A program made the translations under genes and the position numbers. A stretch of DNA of 64,000 nt from a virus. The stretch's first letter is position 1. Every line of letters starts with the position of its first letter. The notes beneath the pieces were generated by a model, which was not told where the DNA came from, did no database searches, and saw only the letters and a program-made list of their open reading frames with translations. The stretch covers positions 1 to 64,000 of the IMG/VR virus record IMGVR_UViG_3300046542_000332. One strand, given 5' to 3'. Of the stretch, positions 17,614 to 27,207 are shown piece after piece.

Positions 17614-18806
17614 TCCTCAGCGGCAAAGGGCTCGCCGTAGGCATCAAAGCCAGCGTCTTCCAGGGCGGCGCGGCCCTTGTCGGTCAACATGTAAAGGCCC
17701 TCGGCTGTCTCGACCATGCCCAGCGCCAGCAGCTGCGCCAGCGCATCCTGGTCCTTGATATCGCTCTCGTCCGCCGCCGACACAATGGCGATGTTCACCA
17801 GCTCCGATAGGCCCGAGTCCCCGAAGTCAGGCGACACGCTGTCGAGCATGGCAATGGCGGTGATAAAGGACTTGGCCAGGCTGCGCTCAAGTTGGGCCTG
17901 GTCGTGATTGCCTTCCGCCTCATTGATCGGTGCATTCGTTTCGACCACGTTCAAGGCCTGGCGCAGCTGCTCGATGGCGCCAGCGGTGGCCAGGCTGTCC
18001 AGCATCGCCGGATCGGCCAGAACAATCTCACGCGCAGCCACGTAGGCGCCGGCAATGCCCAGCTCTTCGACTTGTGGTGACTCGATACCATCCAGCAGCG
18101 AATCAGCTACCGGGACGGCGCCGTCAATAAGCGTCCACGCACCCGGCAATTCGCCATGCTCATCGGCTGGCACCAGCTTGAACTGATCGAAGTTGTACAG
18201 CTTGCCTCCCCACTTGCGCGGGAATCCCTTCGGCTGCCCATTGATCGCATCGAGCAATGCAGCGGCTTTGGCGGCTTCGTCCAGCTCGGCTGTGCTCAGC
18301 GGCTCCAGGCTGTCGGTCATGGCGCCCAGCTGCTGCTGTAGGTCCGCTACCGTGGCGCGGCGCTCGGCAATCTGCGTATCCAGCTGCGCCACGCGCTCGG
18401 CGTACACCGCCGTCTGTTTCGGCGCCGGCGTGCTCATACCCTTGGGCAGGACAATCGCCTTGCGGGCCTGAGCCTTCTGGAACGCTACCTGACCCTTTTC
18501 CAGCAGACCGGCAATCTCCTGCACGGCCTTATCCGAATCGGTCTGATTCTTGAGCGGTACCACCGAATTGTTGATCAGCACCTGGAAGATGTCGCCGGTC
18601 GCGTTCACGCGCAGCACGACAACCTGCCCACTGGCCACCGTCAACGAGGCTTCGCGGTAGGTGATGCCAGACGTGCGCTTTGCGGCCTGGTTGAATTCAG
18701 ACGACACCACGGGCTGGCCCGCGCGGATCATGATCGTGCTGACTTTCTTGAGCGCCTTGGCGGCGGCCTGAGCGTTGGAAAAATCGAGCGTGTTCGTTGC
18801 TGGCAT
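17610..18806 (-). CDS. hdf: Hdf-like protein (DarA-related head/anti-restriction factor)
   Basis: AKRTSGITYREASLTVASGQVVVLRVNATGDIFQVLINN matches the DarA/Hdf N-terminal fold; coiled coil; late promoter. Confidence 0.65.
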   Translation of the reverse strand: MPATNTLDFSNAQAAAKALKKVSTIMIRAGQPVVSSEFNQAAKRTSGITYREASLTVASGQVVVLRVNATGDIFQVLINNSVVPLKNQTDSDKAVQEIAGLLEKGQVAFQKAQARKAIVLPKGMSTPAPKQTAVYAERVAQLDTQIAERRATVADLQQQLGAMTDSLEPLSTAELDEAAKAAALLDAINGQPKGFPRKWGGKLYNFDQFKLVPADEHGELPGAWTLIDGAVPVADSLLDGIESPQVEELGIAGAYVAAREIVLADPAMLDSLATAGAIEQLRQALNVVETNAPINEAEGNHDQAQLERSLAKSFITAIAMLDSVSPDFGDSGLSELVNIAIVSAADESDIKDQDALAQLLALGMVETAEGLYMLTDKGRAALEDAGFDAYGEPFAAED

Positions 18807-18838
18807 GACTGCCCCCATGGATTGGATTTACTGGGGAC

Positions 18839-18880
18839 ATTGTGAGGGCGCGAAAGGGCATGGCTCGGGCTGGCTTTGCG
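18839..18880 (-). promoter_or_regulatory. Late promoter (CGCAAAGC ... CACAAT)
   Basis: GCAAA-30-YANNNT consensus. Confidence 0.65.
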
Positions 18881-19122
18881 CGGGAAATGGGTCACAAGTG
18901 AGCTAGGGGTAGCTCATCTGTGCTCGCTAACGATCAGGCGTGACCTACCCCTAGCTCACCCACCCGCAAGCCGGTTGGGCGCGGGTGACTAGCGCCGGCG
19001 CCAGCCAAGTCTGTCACCCGTGAACAACTGGCCGCCGCCGGCAGGCGACTTTTGCCATTATTTACACCCTTAATATAATAGAAGGGGAGAGCCTTACAGG
19101 CCGTGGCCTGGAGAGGTTTTTT

Positions 19123-19186
19123 GTACCGTCCAGAGAGTACGCCGCGTACCGTCCAGAGAGTACAAGTCGTACCGCCTAGACGGTAC
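19123..19186. repeat. Three iteron-like 18-mers GTAC-N10-GTAC
   Basis: gtaccgtccagagagtac twice and gtaccgcctagacggtac, period 23. Confidence 0.75.
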
Positions 19187-19363
19187 ATCGAGACAAAACA
19201 AGCAAGCCGGTTGCCCACGGGTGATTAGCAAAGGCGAAGCCCAGTCTGTCACCCGTGGGCAACTGGCCGCCGCCGGCGGGCGATGCTGGGCCTATCGCGG
19301 TGGGTCAGTAGATCATTAGAAGGCAGAATTTTCCGACCCTTTAAAACCGGGCCTCTCAGCGAG

Positions 19364-19479
19364 GGGGTTCGTTCATCCAGGTGAACGAACCCCTGTTCAC
19401 TCAGATGAACGAACCCCCCACCTAAAAACGCCATCAAAAGAACGAGGTTCGTTCATCCAGGTGAACGAACCCCTGTTCA
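19364..19479. repeat. Palindromic Rep-binding sites
   Basis: ggttcgttcatccaggtgaacgaacccc twice plus gttcactcagatgaacgaac; an inverted copy lies after rep at 20143-20164. Confidence 0.75.
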
Positions 19480-19541
19480 TCCGTGAGCTGTAGCGCTACC
19501 ATCTGCGACAGATACAGAACACAAAGGAGTGCTTACGGAAC

Positions 19542-20087
19542 ATGAAACCTCAAAAGCTTCATCAGCCAGCGAACCGTGGTACTTGGGTTCAAACCGAGCG
19601 GGCTGGCCACAAGGCTTGGGCGGCCTTGATAAACAGCCACCCAAAGGCCGGACAACTTCTGCACGTCCTGATCGCCCACATGGACGAAAAGGCCGCACTG
19701 GTCGCCAGTCACAAACTGTTATCAGAGTTGTGCGGGGTATCAGTTATGACCATTCGGCGATCCCTGGCGGTGCTAACTGAGCAGAACTTTGTCCAGACTG
19801 TGCGTCTTGGGGGCGAGCGCGGCGGTGTGCTCGCGTACATCGTCAATTCCCGCATAGCGTGGGCCGACTCCCGCGACAATCTCAAGTACGCGGCATTCAG
19901 CGCCCGTGTGCTGGTCACGTCGTCGGAACAAACCGAACCACTGGAAGGGGAGGAACTGCATCGGCTTCCGCTTATGTCACCGGGAGAGCATCAGCTACCC
20001 CACGGACTAGAGCCGCTTGACGGGCCGGAAGATCTTCCAGACCTGCCAGCCATACACCGAGGCGAGCAAATGAAGCTTATCTCTTAG
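19542..20087 (+). CDS. rep: Plasmid replication initiator, IncP-9/pBBR1 Rep-like (winged HTH)
   Basis: WVQTERAGHKAWAAL...ALVASHKLLSELCGVSVMTIRRSL...AYIVNSRIAW signature; flanked by iterons. Confidence 0.8.
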   Translation: MKPQKLHQPANRGTWVQTERAGHKAWAALINSHPKAGQLLHVLIAHMDEKAALVASHKLLSELCGVSVMTIRRSLAVLTEQNFVQTVRLGGERGGVLAYIVNSRIAWADSRDNLKYAAFSARVLVTSSEQTEPLEGEELHRLPLMSPGEHQLPHGLEPLDGPEDLPDLPAIHRGEQMKLIS

Positions 20088-20134
20088 TTGGCGCGTTCCG
20101 TATCTGACTCCGCTTGTTCCGTATCACGCCCCGA

Positions 20135-20170
20135 ATGAACGAGGGTTCGTTCATCTGAGTGAACGACCCC
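20135..20170. repeat. Downstream Rep-binding palindrome
   Basis: atgaacgagggttcgttcatctgagtgaac, containing the reverse complement of 19395-19416. Confidence 0.7.
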
Positions 20171-20179
20171 CCCCCACCA

Positions 20180-20701
20180 TCAGGGAATCGGCCCGCTGAC
20201 CGGGCCAGACGGTGCACTAGGGTGCTTGTGGGTTTGCAGGCCAATGCCGTCACTGGTGATGTCGCCACCGGTCTGAGTGACCGGACCTTGCACCTTGTGC
20301 GCAGCTGCAATGCTGGCAATCTCGGCACCGGTGAGCTTGATCGATGTCCCGCCCACTATGAGGTTGATCGCCTCCCCGGCATTGATCGTAAACACGCTGT
20401 CGGCATTTAGCTCAAAGTTGTCGTGATTCCAGCGGCGGGTGCCCACCACGTTGCCGGTGTTCGGGTTACGAAAGCCGGTGATGAGCGGCCGGCGCGGATC
20501 GCCCGCCAGGAACTCAATGTACACCTCGCGCCCCACGACCAGCCGAATCTCAGTGTCCCGCGAGTCATCACCAATCGGATACTCGATTTCAGCGATAGGC
20601 AGCTCGCTGGCGCCATCGGTGAAGGGCGGTATCTCTACGCGAACTTCGCGGCGGTCCCGATCCACTGCCCGGATGAATCCAGGGTATTTGTTACTGGGCA
20701 T
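20180..20701 (-). CDS. Baseplate spike (P1 gp5/gpV-like)
   Basis: OB-fold N-terminus, beta-helix and the GLQTHKH apex metal-binding motif; start MPSNKYPG. Confidence 0.85.
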   Translation of the reverse strand: MPSNKYPGFIRAVDRDRREVRVEIPPFTDGASELPIAEIEYPIGDDSRDTEIRLVVGREVYIEFLAGDPRRPLITGFRNPNTGNVVGTRRWNHDNFELNADSVFTINAGEAINLIVGGTSIKLTGAEIASIAAAHKVQGPVTQTGGDITSDGIGLQTHKHPSAPSGPVSGPIP

Positions 20702-21590
20702 TGACCAGACTCCCAAGCCATAGGCGGCTGCGGCTTTCCTGCGCCCCCTCATTGTTTTCAAAGGCGTGGGCGGCGGTGATCACCACCAGGTTCTCCCCCG
20801 CCACGCGGAGCACGTCACCGGCCTGGATCTGTTGGCATATGGTGCTGTCGACGGTCTTGCTGCGCACCAGCACACAGCTGGCGTTGCGCAACTGGCGCTC
20901 ATCGGCGCGGGCCAGGAACGCCACGCGCCGGGCCTGGCCCATCTGCCCCCGGATGATCGCGGCCTGGTCGTTGACCGAATAGAACGACGGGATGTCTTGC
21001 AGTTGCAGGAACTCGCTTTCGATATTGGCGCTGCTGTCCACCTGGCCGATATCCGCCACCGGTGCCTGCTTGGCCATGTCCGTCAGGCGCATGGCCATGA
21101 TATTGCCGCCCCTGAGCACCAGCGCCGCGCCTTCCTCTTGCAGCACCTGCGCCAGCTGGTAACTGGGCTCCTTACCCTTGAAACAGGTAAAGCGCGGGAC
21201 CGCGAAGTCGCTGGCCACCGGCATGAACGCCCCACAGGCCCTATAGATGGCGCCCAAGGTCGTATTGGTGAGCACCACCGCGCTATTGAGCGGGCGCGCC
21301 ACTGAGGCGCAGCGATGCAGCAAGGCGGTCACTTTCATGGCCTGCTGCTGATTCTTGCCCTGCACCTGGCCCAAGGGCTGCGCGCGGTCAGTTTTAACGA
21401 TCTCAAAGCGCAGATTCTCCCGCCCCGCCCATACCGACGTGCCGACCTTGAGCTTTTCCTGTACGCCGTCGATCAGCTTCACCGTGAACTCAAGCGAGCG
21501 CGGAATAGGCGTCAGGTCGGAGCGCCCCACCCACTTGAGCAGCACGTCGGTAGGGAGCAGGTCGCCCCCTTCGCGCAGGTAGACGTTCAC
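20691..21590 (-). CDS. Baseplate hub/tail protein (P1 gp6-like)
   Basis: RSDLTPIP motif and synteny 24-6-5 as in P1. Confidence 0.6.
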   Translation of the reverse strand: MNVYLREGGDLLPTDVLLKWVGRSDLTPIPRSLEFTVKLIDGVQEKLKVGTSVWAGRENLRFEIVKTDRAQPLGQVQGKNQQQAMKVTALLHRCASVARPLNSAVVLTNTTLGAIYRACGAFMPVASDFAVPRFTCFKGKEPSYQLAQVLQEEGAALVLRGGNIMAMRLTDMAKQAPVADIGQVDSSANIESEFLQLQDIPSFYSVNDQAAIIRGQMGQARRVAFLARADERQLRNASCVLVRSKTVDSTICQQIQAGDVLRVAGENLVVITAAHAFENNEGAQESRSRLWLGSLVNAQ

Positions 21591-22369
21591 TGCGGCTTAC
21601 CCCAAATGGTGCCGGCGGCGGTGGTTGTCGAGCCGGTGTTGGTGAACTTGTCGGCGTGTTCCACCACAATGACGTTTGGATAGCCTGGCGGCACCTTGTC
21701 TGAGCCGTCGTTGGGCTCGCCCTCGCCCGGCGCGTCAAAGTAGGGAACTGAGCACTTGAGGGTGACGTCGGCAATCAGGATCTTGATGTTCTTGATGCCG
21801 TCGGGCTTGACGTCCATCCAGTCGATGCGCACCGACTCCAGGGTCTGCGGCATGGGCACCTTGTACTGGCCGAACTCATACACCGCGTCGAAATAGCGGT
21901 TTCTCGGCTCCTTGATGAACGACGACAGTTGCGCGGCCAGGCTCTGCGCGGATCCGCCCTCGCTGGCGATGATCACCATCTGTAGGCGCCGATCCAGCAT
22001 GACGTGCTTGTAACCGTACCAGGAGCCACCTTCTTCGATCTGCACCATCTGCCGGCCGATGTGATCGCCGCCCCAGTCCGCGCCGGTACCGACAAACGTG
22101 TCATCCATGGCCAGCAGCAGCACGGGAAACAGCGTGCTTTGGCCGGGCTCGCCGTTGGTGTTCTTCGCGTAGGCGCGCAGCATGCTCTCGGCATCGTCGA
22201 CCATACGCCCGGCCACCCACTTCACCGCCTCATTGAGCGGCTTGGCCATGAACGCCTTTACCGCCTTCGTGTCGGCGTAATCGGGGTAGAGGCCGTCCCG
22301 CCAGCGTTTCAGGTAATGGGCAAAGCCGATCTTGATCTGGTCGAAACTGCCGTTCATAGGTTTGTTCAT
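21587..22369 (-). CDS. Tail completion/terminator-like protein (P1 gp24-like)
   Basis: Synteny and size; start MNKPMNGS with GAGGTG RBS. Confidence 0.55.
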   Translation of the reverse strand: MNKPMNGSFDQIKIGFAHYLKRWRDGLYPDYADTKAVKAFMAKPLNEAVKWVAGRMVDDAESMLRAYAKNTNGEPGQSTLFPVLLLAMDDTFVGTGADWGGDHIGRQMVQIEEGGSWYGYKHVMLDRRLQMVIIASEGGSAQSLAAQLSSFIKEPRNRYFDAVYEFGQYKVPMPQTLESVRIDWMDVKPDGIKNIKILIADVTLKCSVPYFDAPGEGEPNDGSDKVPPGYPNVIVVEHADKFTNTGSTTTAAGTIWGKPQ

Positions 22370-22403
22370 AGCCACCTCGATACTTTTCCGGGCGTACCCG
22401 GAA

Positions 22404-22420
22404 AAAGTATCCCTATACAT
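22404..22420 (-). promoter_or_regulatory. 17-bp operator-like site ATGTATAGGGATACTTT (copy 1)
   Basis: Identical to 54110-54126 and 16/17 identical to 43796-43812. Confidence 0.6.
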
Positions 22421-22422
22421 CG

Positions 22423-22905
22423 TTATGCCAAATTAATGAGCGAAAGAGGCGTTCCAGCCTTCACCGTGGGCGCTGGAAGCATCCAAAGGTGCTGCGGGGT
22501 CACGCGACCGATAATCTCCGGGCGAATCAACGGGGTACCCGCCTTTTCAAATGCCCAGGCCACGAACTCGCTACAGAAGAAACGCGCCTTGCGGTCGAAT
22601 CGGTCGGAGTGCACCAGGATCCCAAGCAGCCCCAGGTAATCGTAACCGGCGCCGACCATGCTCAATGCAGCCTGCTTGACGGCCTGCGCATCCTGACAAG
22701 GGATGTTGACCAGGGCGGCGTAGCTGGATTTCTCCAAGCGTTCCTTGAGCGGGGTCAGGCCGACACCGGTGAGCATGTTGGCGCCTATCACCTGATCGCC
22801 CACCACGATTTCAACGTGACTGAATGCGGACCAGGTAACGCCCCGGATCAGCAGGCTGCCGATCATGCGCCGGCGCGTGAACAGGATCTGTACCGATTGC
22901 ATCAT
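22423..22905 (-). CDS. Permuted papain-like amidase (YaeF/YiiX, NlpC/P60 superfamily)
   Basis: FSHVEI...GAGYDYLG...FFCSEFVA...RVTPQHLW. Confidence 0.85.
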   Translation of the reverse strand: MMQSVQILFTRRRMIGSLLIRGVTWSAFSHVEIVVGDQVIGANMLTGVGLTPLKERLEKSSYAALVNIPCQDAQAVKQAALSMVGAGYDYLGLLGILVHSDRFDRKARFFCSEFVAWAFEKAGTPLIRPEIIGRVTPQHLWMLPAPTVKAGTPLSLINLA

Positions 22906-23672
22906 TGCGCGCCCACCTCAGCCCACTCGGCATAGGATTGTGGCCAGTAGGCGGTGAAGTCGTAGTCGGTCGGCACTTCGGCGGCGCGCATGGCGGCGTT
23001 GTGCTGCTCGGCCACGGTAAAGATCGCGATGTCGGAGCATTTGACCGCCGCCACGACGTCGAACGCCAGCTGTGCGGTCACCGTGACAAAGGTACCGCCC
23101 AACGTTTTCCAGTTAATGGCCTGGCCCTCGTCGTCGATCAGGGTGTCAGTCATGGCGCCACCAGCGGCCAGCACGTCACGCGCGTCGTCCTTGAGCCCCA
23201 GCCACTGGTTACGGCTGAATAGGTCGGAGTGCACCCACAAGGTTCCGACCTTGACGCCCGCAATGCTACGGCGATCGCGCTCGTCCTTGATCGCCAACCA
23301 CGCACGGGCCTGCTCAGTGGCGTGCTTGGTGGCCACCAGCTCGGCGCTGACCTGCCAACTGCCATCAATCCAGGCATGGGTAGCGGATGGCCGCGGCTCG
23401 CGCGTCAAACCCTCAGGCAGCTCGCCCAGCACAGTGAATTGTTCCGCAGCACCGGTGGCGGTGCTGTAGACCACGCCCCGGTGGTCGAGCCGCAACGCCG
23501 GTTTGTCGTCCACCAAGGCCCACACGTAGCCATCGGGCGCCGCATCGAGCGGCAATCTCAGCGTGAGTGTGTTTTCGGGCACCTGCGGGCCGATACCGGG
23601 CACGACAGGGAAAGTTACAGGGCCGAACAACGCGCCGGCCGGGTCCACCAGATAAATCACGTTCATAGTCAC
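22902..23672 (-). CDS. Tail fibre assembly protein with DUF4376-like domain
   Basis: DHRGVVYSTATG...GELPEGLT...W.DGSW and IKDERDRR...HSD...WKT motifs. Confidence 0.75.
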   Translation of the reverse strand: MTMNVIYLVDPAGALFGPVTFPVVPGIGPQVPENTLTLRLPLDAAPDGYVWALVDDKPALRLDHRGVVYSTATGAAEQFTVLGELPEGLTREPRPSATHAWIDGSWQVSAELVATKHATEQARAWLAIKDERDRRSIAGVKVGTLWVHSDLFSRNQWLGLKDDARDVLAAGGAMTDTLIDDEGQAINWKTLGGTFVTVTAQLAFDVVAAVKCSDIAIFTVAEQHNAAMRAAEVPTDYDFTAYWPQSYAEWAEVGAQ

Positions 23673-23673
23673 C

Positions 23674-24627
23674 TCAGATCAGTTTGATTCGGCCGGGATA
23701 GGCAATGTTTCGGCTTCTGAATCGAATCCAGTTGTTAAACCCTTGGGTGTCTACCGTCACCGAACCCATGACCGCGTTATCGGTAGTCGACGGGTCATAC
23801 GAACCGGATCCGGAAGGAGGGAGTGCACCGCTAGGTACCGCTCCTCCAACACCCGCACTAGAAATCCTGCCGTCTGCTTGAGCGTGCGCATTACCAAGAA
23901 CATACGTGCCAGCCCCCATGTCAGAGCCAGTCCATTCCTGCGCGACGGTGCGCAACCATGTGCCGTCCTGCCATGAGCCCGCTGCCCGCGCCGCATCCAC
24001 TCCGCGCGACTCATCGAGCATACGAATGAATTCGCCGCGTCCCTCTGGACTACGGAAGGTCGTTGAGCCGTTGCCGGATGTCCACATGCCCTCTTTGCCG
24101 GCGCGCAAGGCTTCGGTGGTCAGCATTCCTGAGGCTTGCGCGTGATCCCACAACCACGGCCATTCCGCGCGGTTGTAGAGAAGGCCGTTATGACCCGCCC
24201 AGCCGCCGGGCTGAAACGCGGTCGTGGTTTCGAACACCGGGCGACCCAGTGGCGTGCCGTCCAAGCGATCCAACACGCGCCAATTGCCATTGCCATCGCT
24301 GCGTAGGTGCCAGAAGTCACCCGCCCCCATCAGGACGAAGAACTGGTAGCCCTCGGGGCGCAAATGGGTATGAAACAGGATCTTGTCGGCGCCGACAGCA
24401 GCGATCACCAGGCGGTTGCCGCTGTTGTCGACGCGCTGCACTCGGACATCCATCGAGCGCGAAGCGGCCGGCAAGTAGATGTTAAAGGGGATGGCGCTGG
24501 CGTCTGCCAGTAGGAAACCCGTCTCACTGTCGGTCAGTGTCTTGCCGGCGGTGATGATGGCGTTGTCCATGCCACGCATGGCCAGCAAGCCGCTTTCGAT
24601 ATCGGCTAAATCGTTGGCGCGACTCAT
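23674..24627 (-). CDS. Second, short tail fibre protein with collar domain
   Basis: GNGSTTFRSPEGRGEFIR...RGVD...RSRNIAYPGRIK collar motifs. Confidence 0.75.
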   Translation of the reverse strand: MSRANDLADIESGLLAMRGMDNAIITAGKTLTDSETGFLLADASAIPFNIYLPAASRSMDVRVQRVDNSGNRLVIAAVGADKILFHTHLRPEGYQFFVLMGAGDFWHLRSDGNGNWRVLDRLDGTPLGRPVFETTTAFQPGGWAGHNGLLYNRAEWPWLWDHAQASGMLTTEALRAGKEGMWTSGNGSTTFRSPEGRGEFIRMLDESRGVDAARAAGSWQDGTWLRTVAQEWTGSDMGAGTYVLGNAHAQADGRISSAGVGGAVPSGALPPSGSGSYDPSTTDNAVMGSVTVDTQGFNNWIRFRSRNIAYPGRIKLI

Positions 24628-25169
24628 TGGGCAGCTCCAGCGGAATCAAAGGTTTGGGATGGCCAGTCGGTGGCCAGCATGTGATCGGCGTAGGTGCCGA
24701 CCTTTACAGCGGCCAGCAACGCCGCCTCACGGTCAAAGCAGGCCTGTACGTAGGCGCTGATAGCGCGCCAAATAGCCAGGATCTGCGGCGCGGTCAGCTC
24801 AACAAACCCGTCCGGGGCCTTGAGGTTGCAGACATAGGCGGGATCGAGCATGGCGCCCATGGCCTTGTCCAGAATCGTCGCTCGCGTATCGCGGTCGGTG
24901 GCGATGGCCAGGCCCTTGACGGTAACGCCAGCCACCTCGCGGGCATAACGCTCGGCCTTGATGATCGCCGGATAATCTGGCGGGGCTTCGGGGAATGGCT
25001 GCTTGGTGATTTCACCGTCAGCCCCAAGTGTCCATACGCCGTCTGTTTCTTGGGTGATCCGTAGAAACAGGGCGTCTTTGATAGCGACAGCGGTGCTCGG
25101 GATGTCGTGAAGGCCTTCGATAAGGCAGGTCTTGAGCGTCGAGTCAGCGTTAAATTCAGCGTATTTCAT
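24624..25169 (-). CDS. Tail fibre chaperone (DUF4376-like)
   Basis: ERYAREVAGVTV...TDRDT...YVQACFDREAAL. Confidence 0.75.
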   Translation of the reverse strand: MKYAEFNADSTLKTCLIEGLHDIPSTAVAIKDALFLRITQETDGVWTLGADGEITKQPFPEAPPDYPAIIKAERYAREVAGVTVKGLAIATDRDTRATILDKAMGAMLDPAYVCNLKAPDGFVELTAPQILAIWRAISAYVQACFDREAALLAAVKVGTYADHMLATDWPSQTFDSAGAAQ

Positions 25170-25178
25170 AAGCCCCCC

Positions 25179-27134
25179 TTAGTGGCCGATGGCGATGTAG
25201 CGCGCGTTGGATGTGCCTAAGCCATCTGAGCCGTGAACTCGGACGTTCAACGTGGTTTTTGAGATATTTGCCTCGACGACATACGGGGTGATGCCGGCAA
25301 GCGCGCCAGTCGTCTTATCAGACATTGAAACGACGGCCTGAAGCACTGCATTCGGAAACCCAATCGGATACGGAAACGCCAAATCCCCCGTAGTCCCGAT
25401 GATGGTGCCCCACTGGATAATCAGCCCCCCCAGCCAACTGGGGAAAACGATGTAGCCGTTTCGCGCCTTGAGGATCTGAAAGCCCCAGCGCAGTTTCTTT
25501 GGGGTCACAATGGTGGCGTCGTCGGCGCCGGCGTCGGTTTGCGTCTGCGTTGCGACCTTGGCCGTACCTTGGGCCAGCTCCGTCGCTTGCGCGGCCAGCA
25601 CGGAGAGCGCGGCAATATCAATGGTTCCCTGGTTGATCGGCGCGTTCCAGGCCTTGATGCACCACATCACCGACAAGTTGCGCGGGCGGGTTTCGGTGCC
25701 GACGTTGGAGTCGGTGTTGCTGGTCATGCTGCGCGTCACGCCGCCCAGTAGGCCGCCAGCGGAGCTTTTGACGCCATTGGAGCCAAAGCTCGTGCCGGCG
25801 GTGTTATCGACCAGGATGCCGTGGCTGTGCGCCTTGGTAAGGTCGCTTTGCAGAGTGCCAATCTCGCGGCCAATGTCGACGCCGCGCCCGTGGTCCCAAC
25901 CGCGCAGGAACTCGCCACGCGATTCTGGCAGGGTGCTTCCACCCAAGAAGGCAGCCAAATCCGGGTATACCGCTGGATTAAAGGCGCTGCCGTTGACCTC
26001 AAGGAAGCCCGGCGGAACGACGCCCCTCGGGAATGGCAGCATGGCGCCAACGGGCAGGCCGCCGGCGGTGGTCAGCAGCGCGGTAATTTCCGCCTTGGTG
26101 TAGCTGTCGGCCACCTTGAACGATTTGAAGGCCAGGATTTCCAGGCTGTCGCCCAAGTTGCAGGGAGTCGCCAGGGTGATCTTGGAACCGTTGGCGGCCG
26201 AGGTGAATTCGGTGATTTCCCGGCCGTTGCGCAGCACGATGGCGCTACCGACGATGTGAGGCGCGATGAATTCCGCCTGAGCCACAGACGCGACGAACGA
26301 ATAGCGCTCAAACGCCTTGCCGCTGCCTACGCCGCCACCCAATTGGAAAAACGTACCGTCGTAGTTGAGGTCGTACAGAGAGCCCGCTTTGATGTCGCCC
26401 GCTTCCAGGTCCACCAGGCCGGTATCGCCGCCACGCTTCACGGCAATGAGCGCGAAGTCTTCAACCTTGGCCGTGACGGCGCCGGTATTGGTGAGCGGCG
26501 CCAGGAACTGGAAGCGCTGGCCGGCGCGCAGGCTCGGCAATGCCGTCTCAAGGGTGTCGAATTTCAGGATCAGGGCGTTGGCGGTGCTGCTGGTTGTGCT
26601 CAGGTACGCCAGCGGGCCGCTGTCATAGGCCATGTCTTCGCGCAGCATGTATTGCGGGTGTGCGTCGGGCGATCCTTCGTGATCAGTCAGGGCCGCCAGC
26701 GCCACGCTTTCCAGCGGGTCAATGGTGAAGCTGATCGAGTTGCCCGGTACCTGCGTAAACGCCAGGTCGTTGAACATCACATAGGGGGTGCCGTCAGTTT
26801 TGTAGACCGCCACCTGCCCATTGGCCTTGGACCAGACGAACACCAGAACATTGCCCGCCCACCAAGCAATCTCACCGACCGGGACCGTCCCGACATCCTC
26901 GCGCCAGGCACTGGTAATGCGCAGCTGGTAGGGCGTGGGGCGACTGCCACCGGCCACCGGAATCTTGCTGCCCACCGGATCGACCAGCGCCACCTCGTTG
27001 CCCGTAGGGTCATAGTGGGCGCGGCCGAAAGAGACGTGCGTGATTTTGAGTTCAATCCCAACGCTGTCGGCGTTGAACGCAGCCGCTTGGCCCGCCAGCG
27101 TCAGCGATGGATTGATGATTACAGGATCTGCCAT
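25179..27134 (-). CDS. Long tail fibre protein
   Basis: DAHPQY, LPVGAMLPF...RGEFLRGWDHGRGVD collar, GLIIQWG gp53-like C-terminus. Confidence 0.85.
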   Translation of the reverse strand: MADPVIINPSLTLAGQAAAFNADSVGIELKITHVSFGRAHYDPTGNEVALVDPVGSKIPVAGGSRPTPYQLRITSAWREDVGTVPVGEIAWWAGNVLVFVWSKANGQVAVYKTDGTPYVMFNDLAFTQVPGNSISFTIDPLESVALAALTDHEGSPDAHPQYMLREDMAYDSGPLAYLSTTSSTANALILKFDTLETALPSLRAGQRFQFLAPLTNTGAVTAKVEDFALIAVKRGGDTGLVDLEAGDIKAGSLYDLNYDGTFFQLGGGVGSGKAFERYSFVASVAQAEFIAPHIVGSAIVLRNGREITEFTSAANGSKITLATPCNLGDSLEILAFKSFKVADSYTKAEITALLTTAGGLPVGAMLPFPRGVVPPGFLEVNGSAFNPAVYPDLAAFLGGSTLPESRGEFLRGWDHGRGVDIGREIGTLQSDLTKAHSHGILVDNTAGTSFGSNGVKSSAGGLLGGVTRSMTSNTDSNVGTETRPRNLSVMWCIKAWNAPINQGTIDIAALSVLAAQATELAQGTAKVATQTQTDAGADDATIVTPKKLRWGFQILKARNGYIVFPSWLGGLIIQWGTIIGTTGDLAFPYPIGFPNAVLQAVVSMSDKTTGALAGITPYVVEANISKTTLNVRVHGSDGLGTSNARYIAIGH

Positions 27135-27162
27135 AAAGCCCCCACGGGTTTAGTTATGGCGA

Positions 27163-27204
27163 ATCGTAACGTTCGAAAATCGCCCTAAATCGGGCGACTT
27201 TGCA
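27163..27204 (-). promoter_or_regulatory. Late promoter (TGCAAAGT ... TACGAT)
   Basis: GCAAA-30-YANNNT; hairpin tcgccc/gggcga in the spacer. Confidence 0.65.
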
Positions 27205-27207
27205 TGC

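Larger units (their letters stand above)
18889..19490. other. Plasmid replication origin region with several repeat classes and an AT-rich patch
   Basis: About 82-bp direct repeats at 18966-19048 and 19202-19283; AT-rich 19057-19081; three 18-mers at 23-bp period 19123-19186; palindromes gttcgttca-N6-tgaacgaac next to rep. Confidence 0.7.

Noticed and set aside
19123-19479. Repeats that could be read as a CRISPR array
   Set aside because: No unique 30-40 nt spacers, no cas genes, and they flank a rep gene; better explained as iterons
22902-27134. P1-style invertible C segment
   Set aside because: All genes are co-oriented; no cix-like inverted repeats or serine invertase seen
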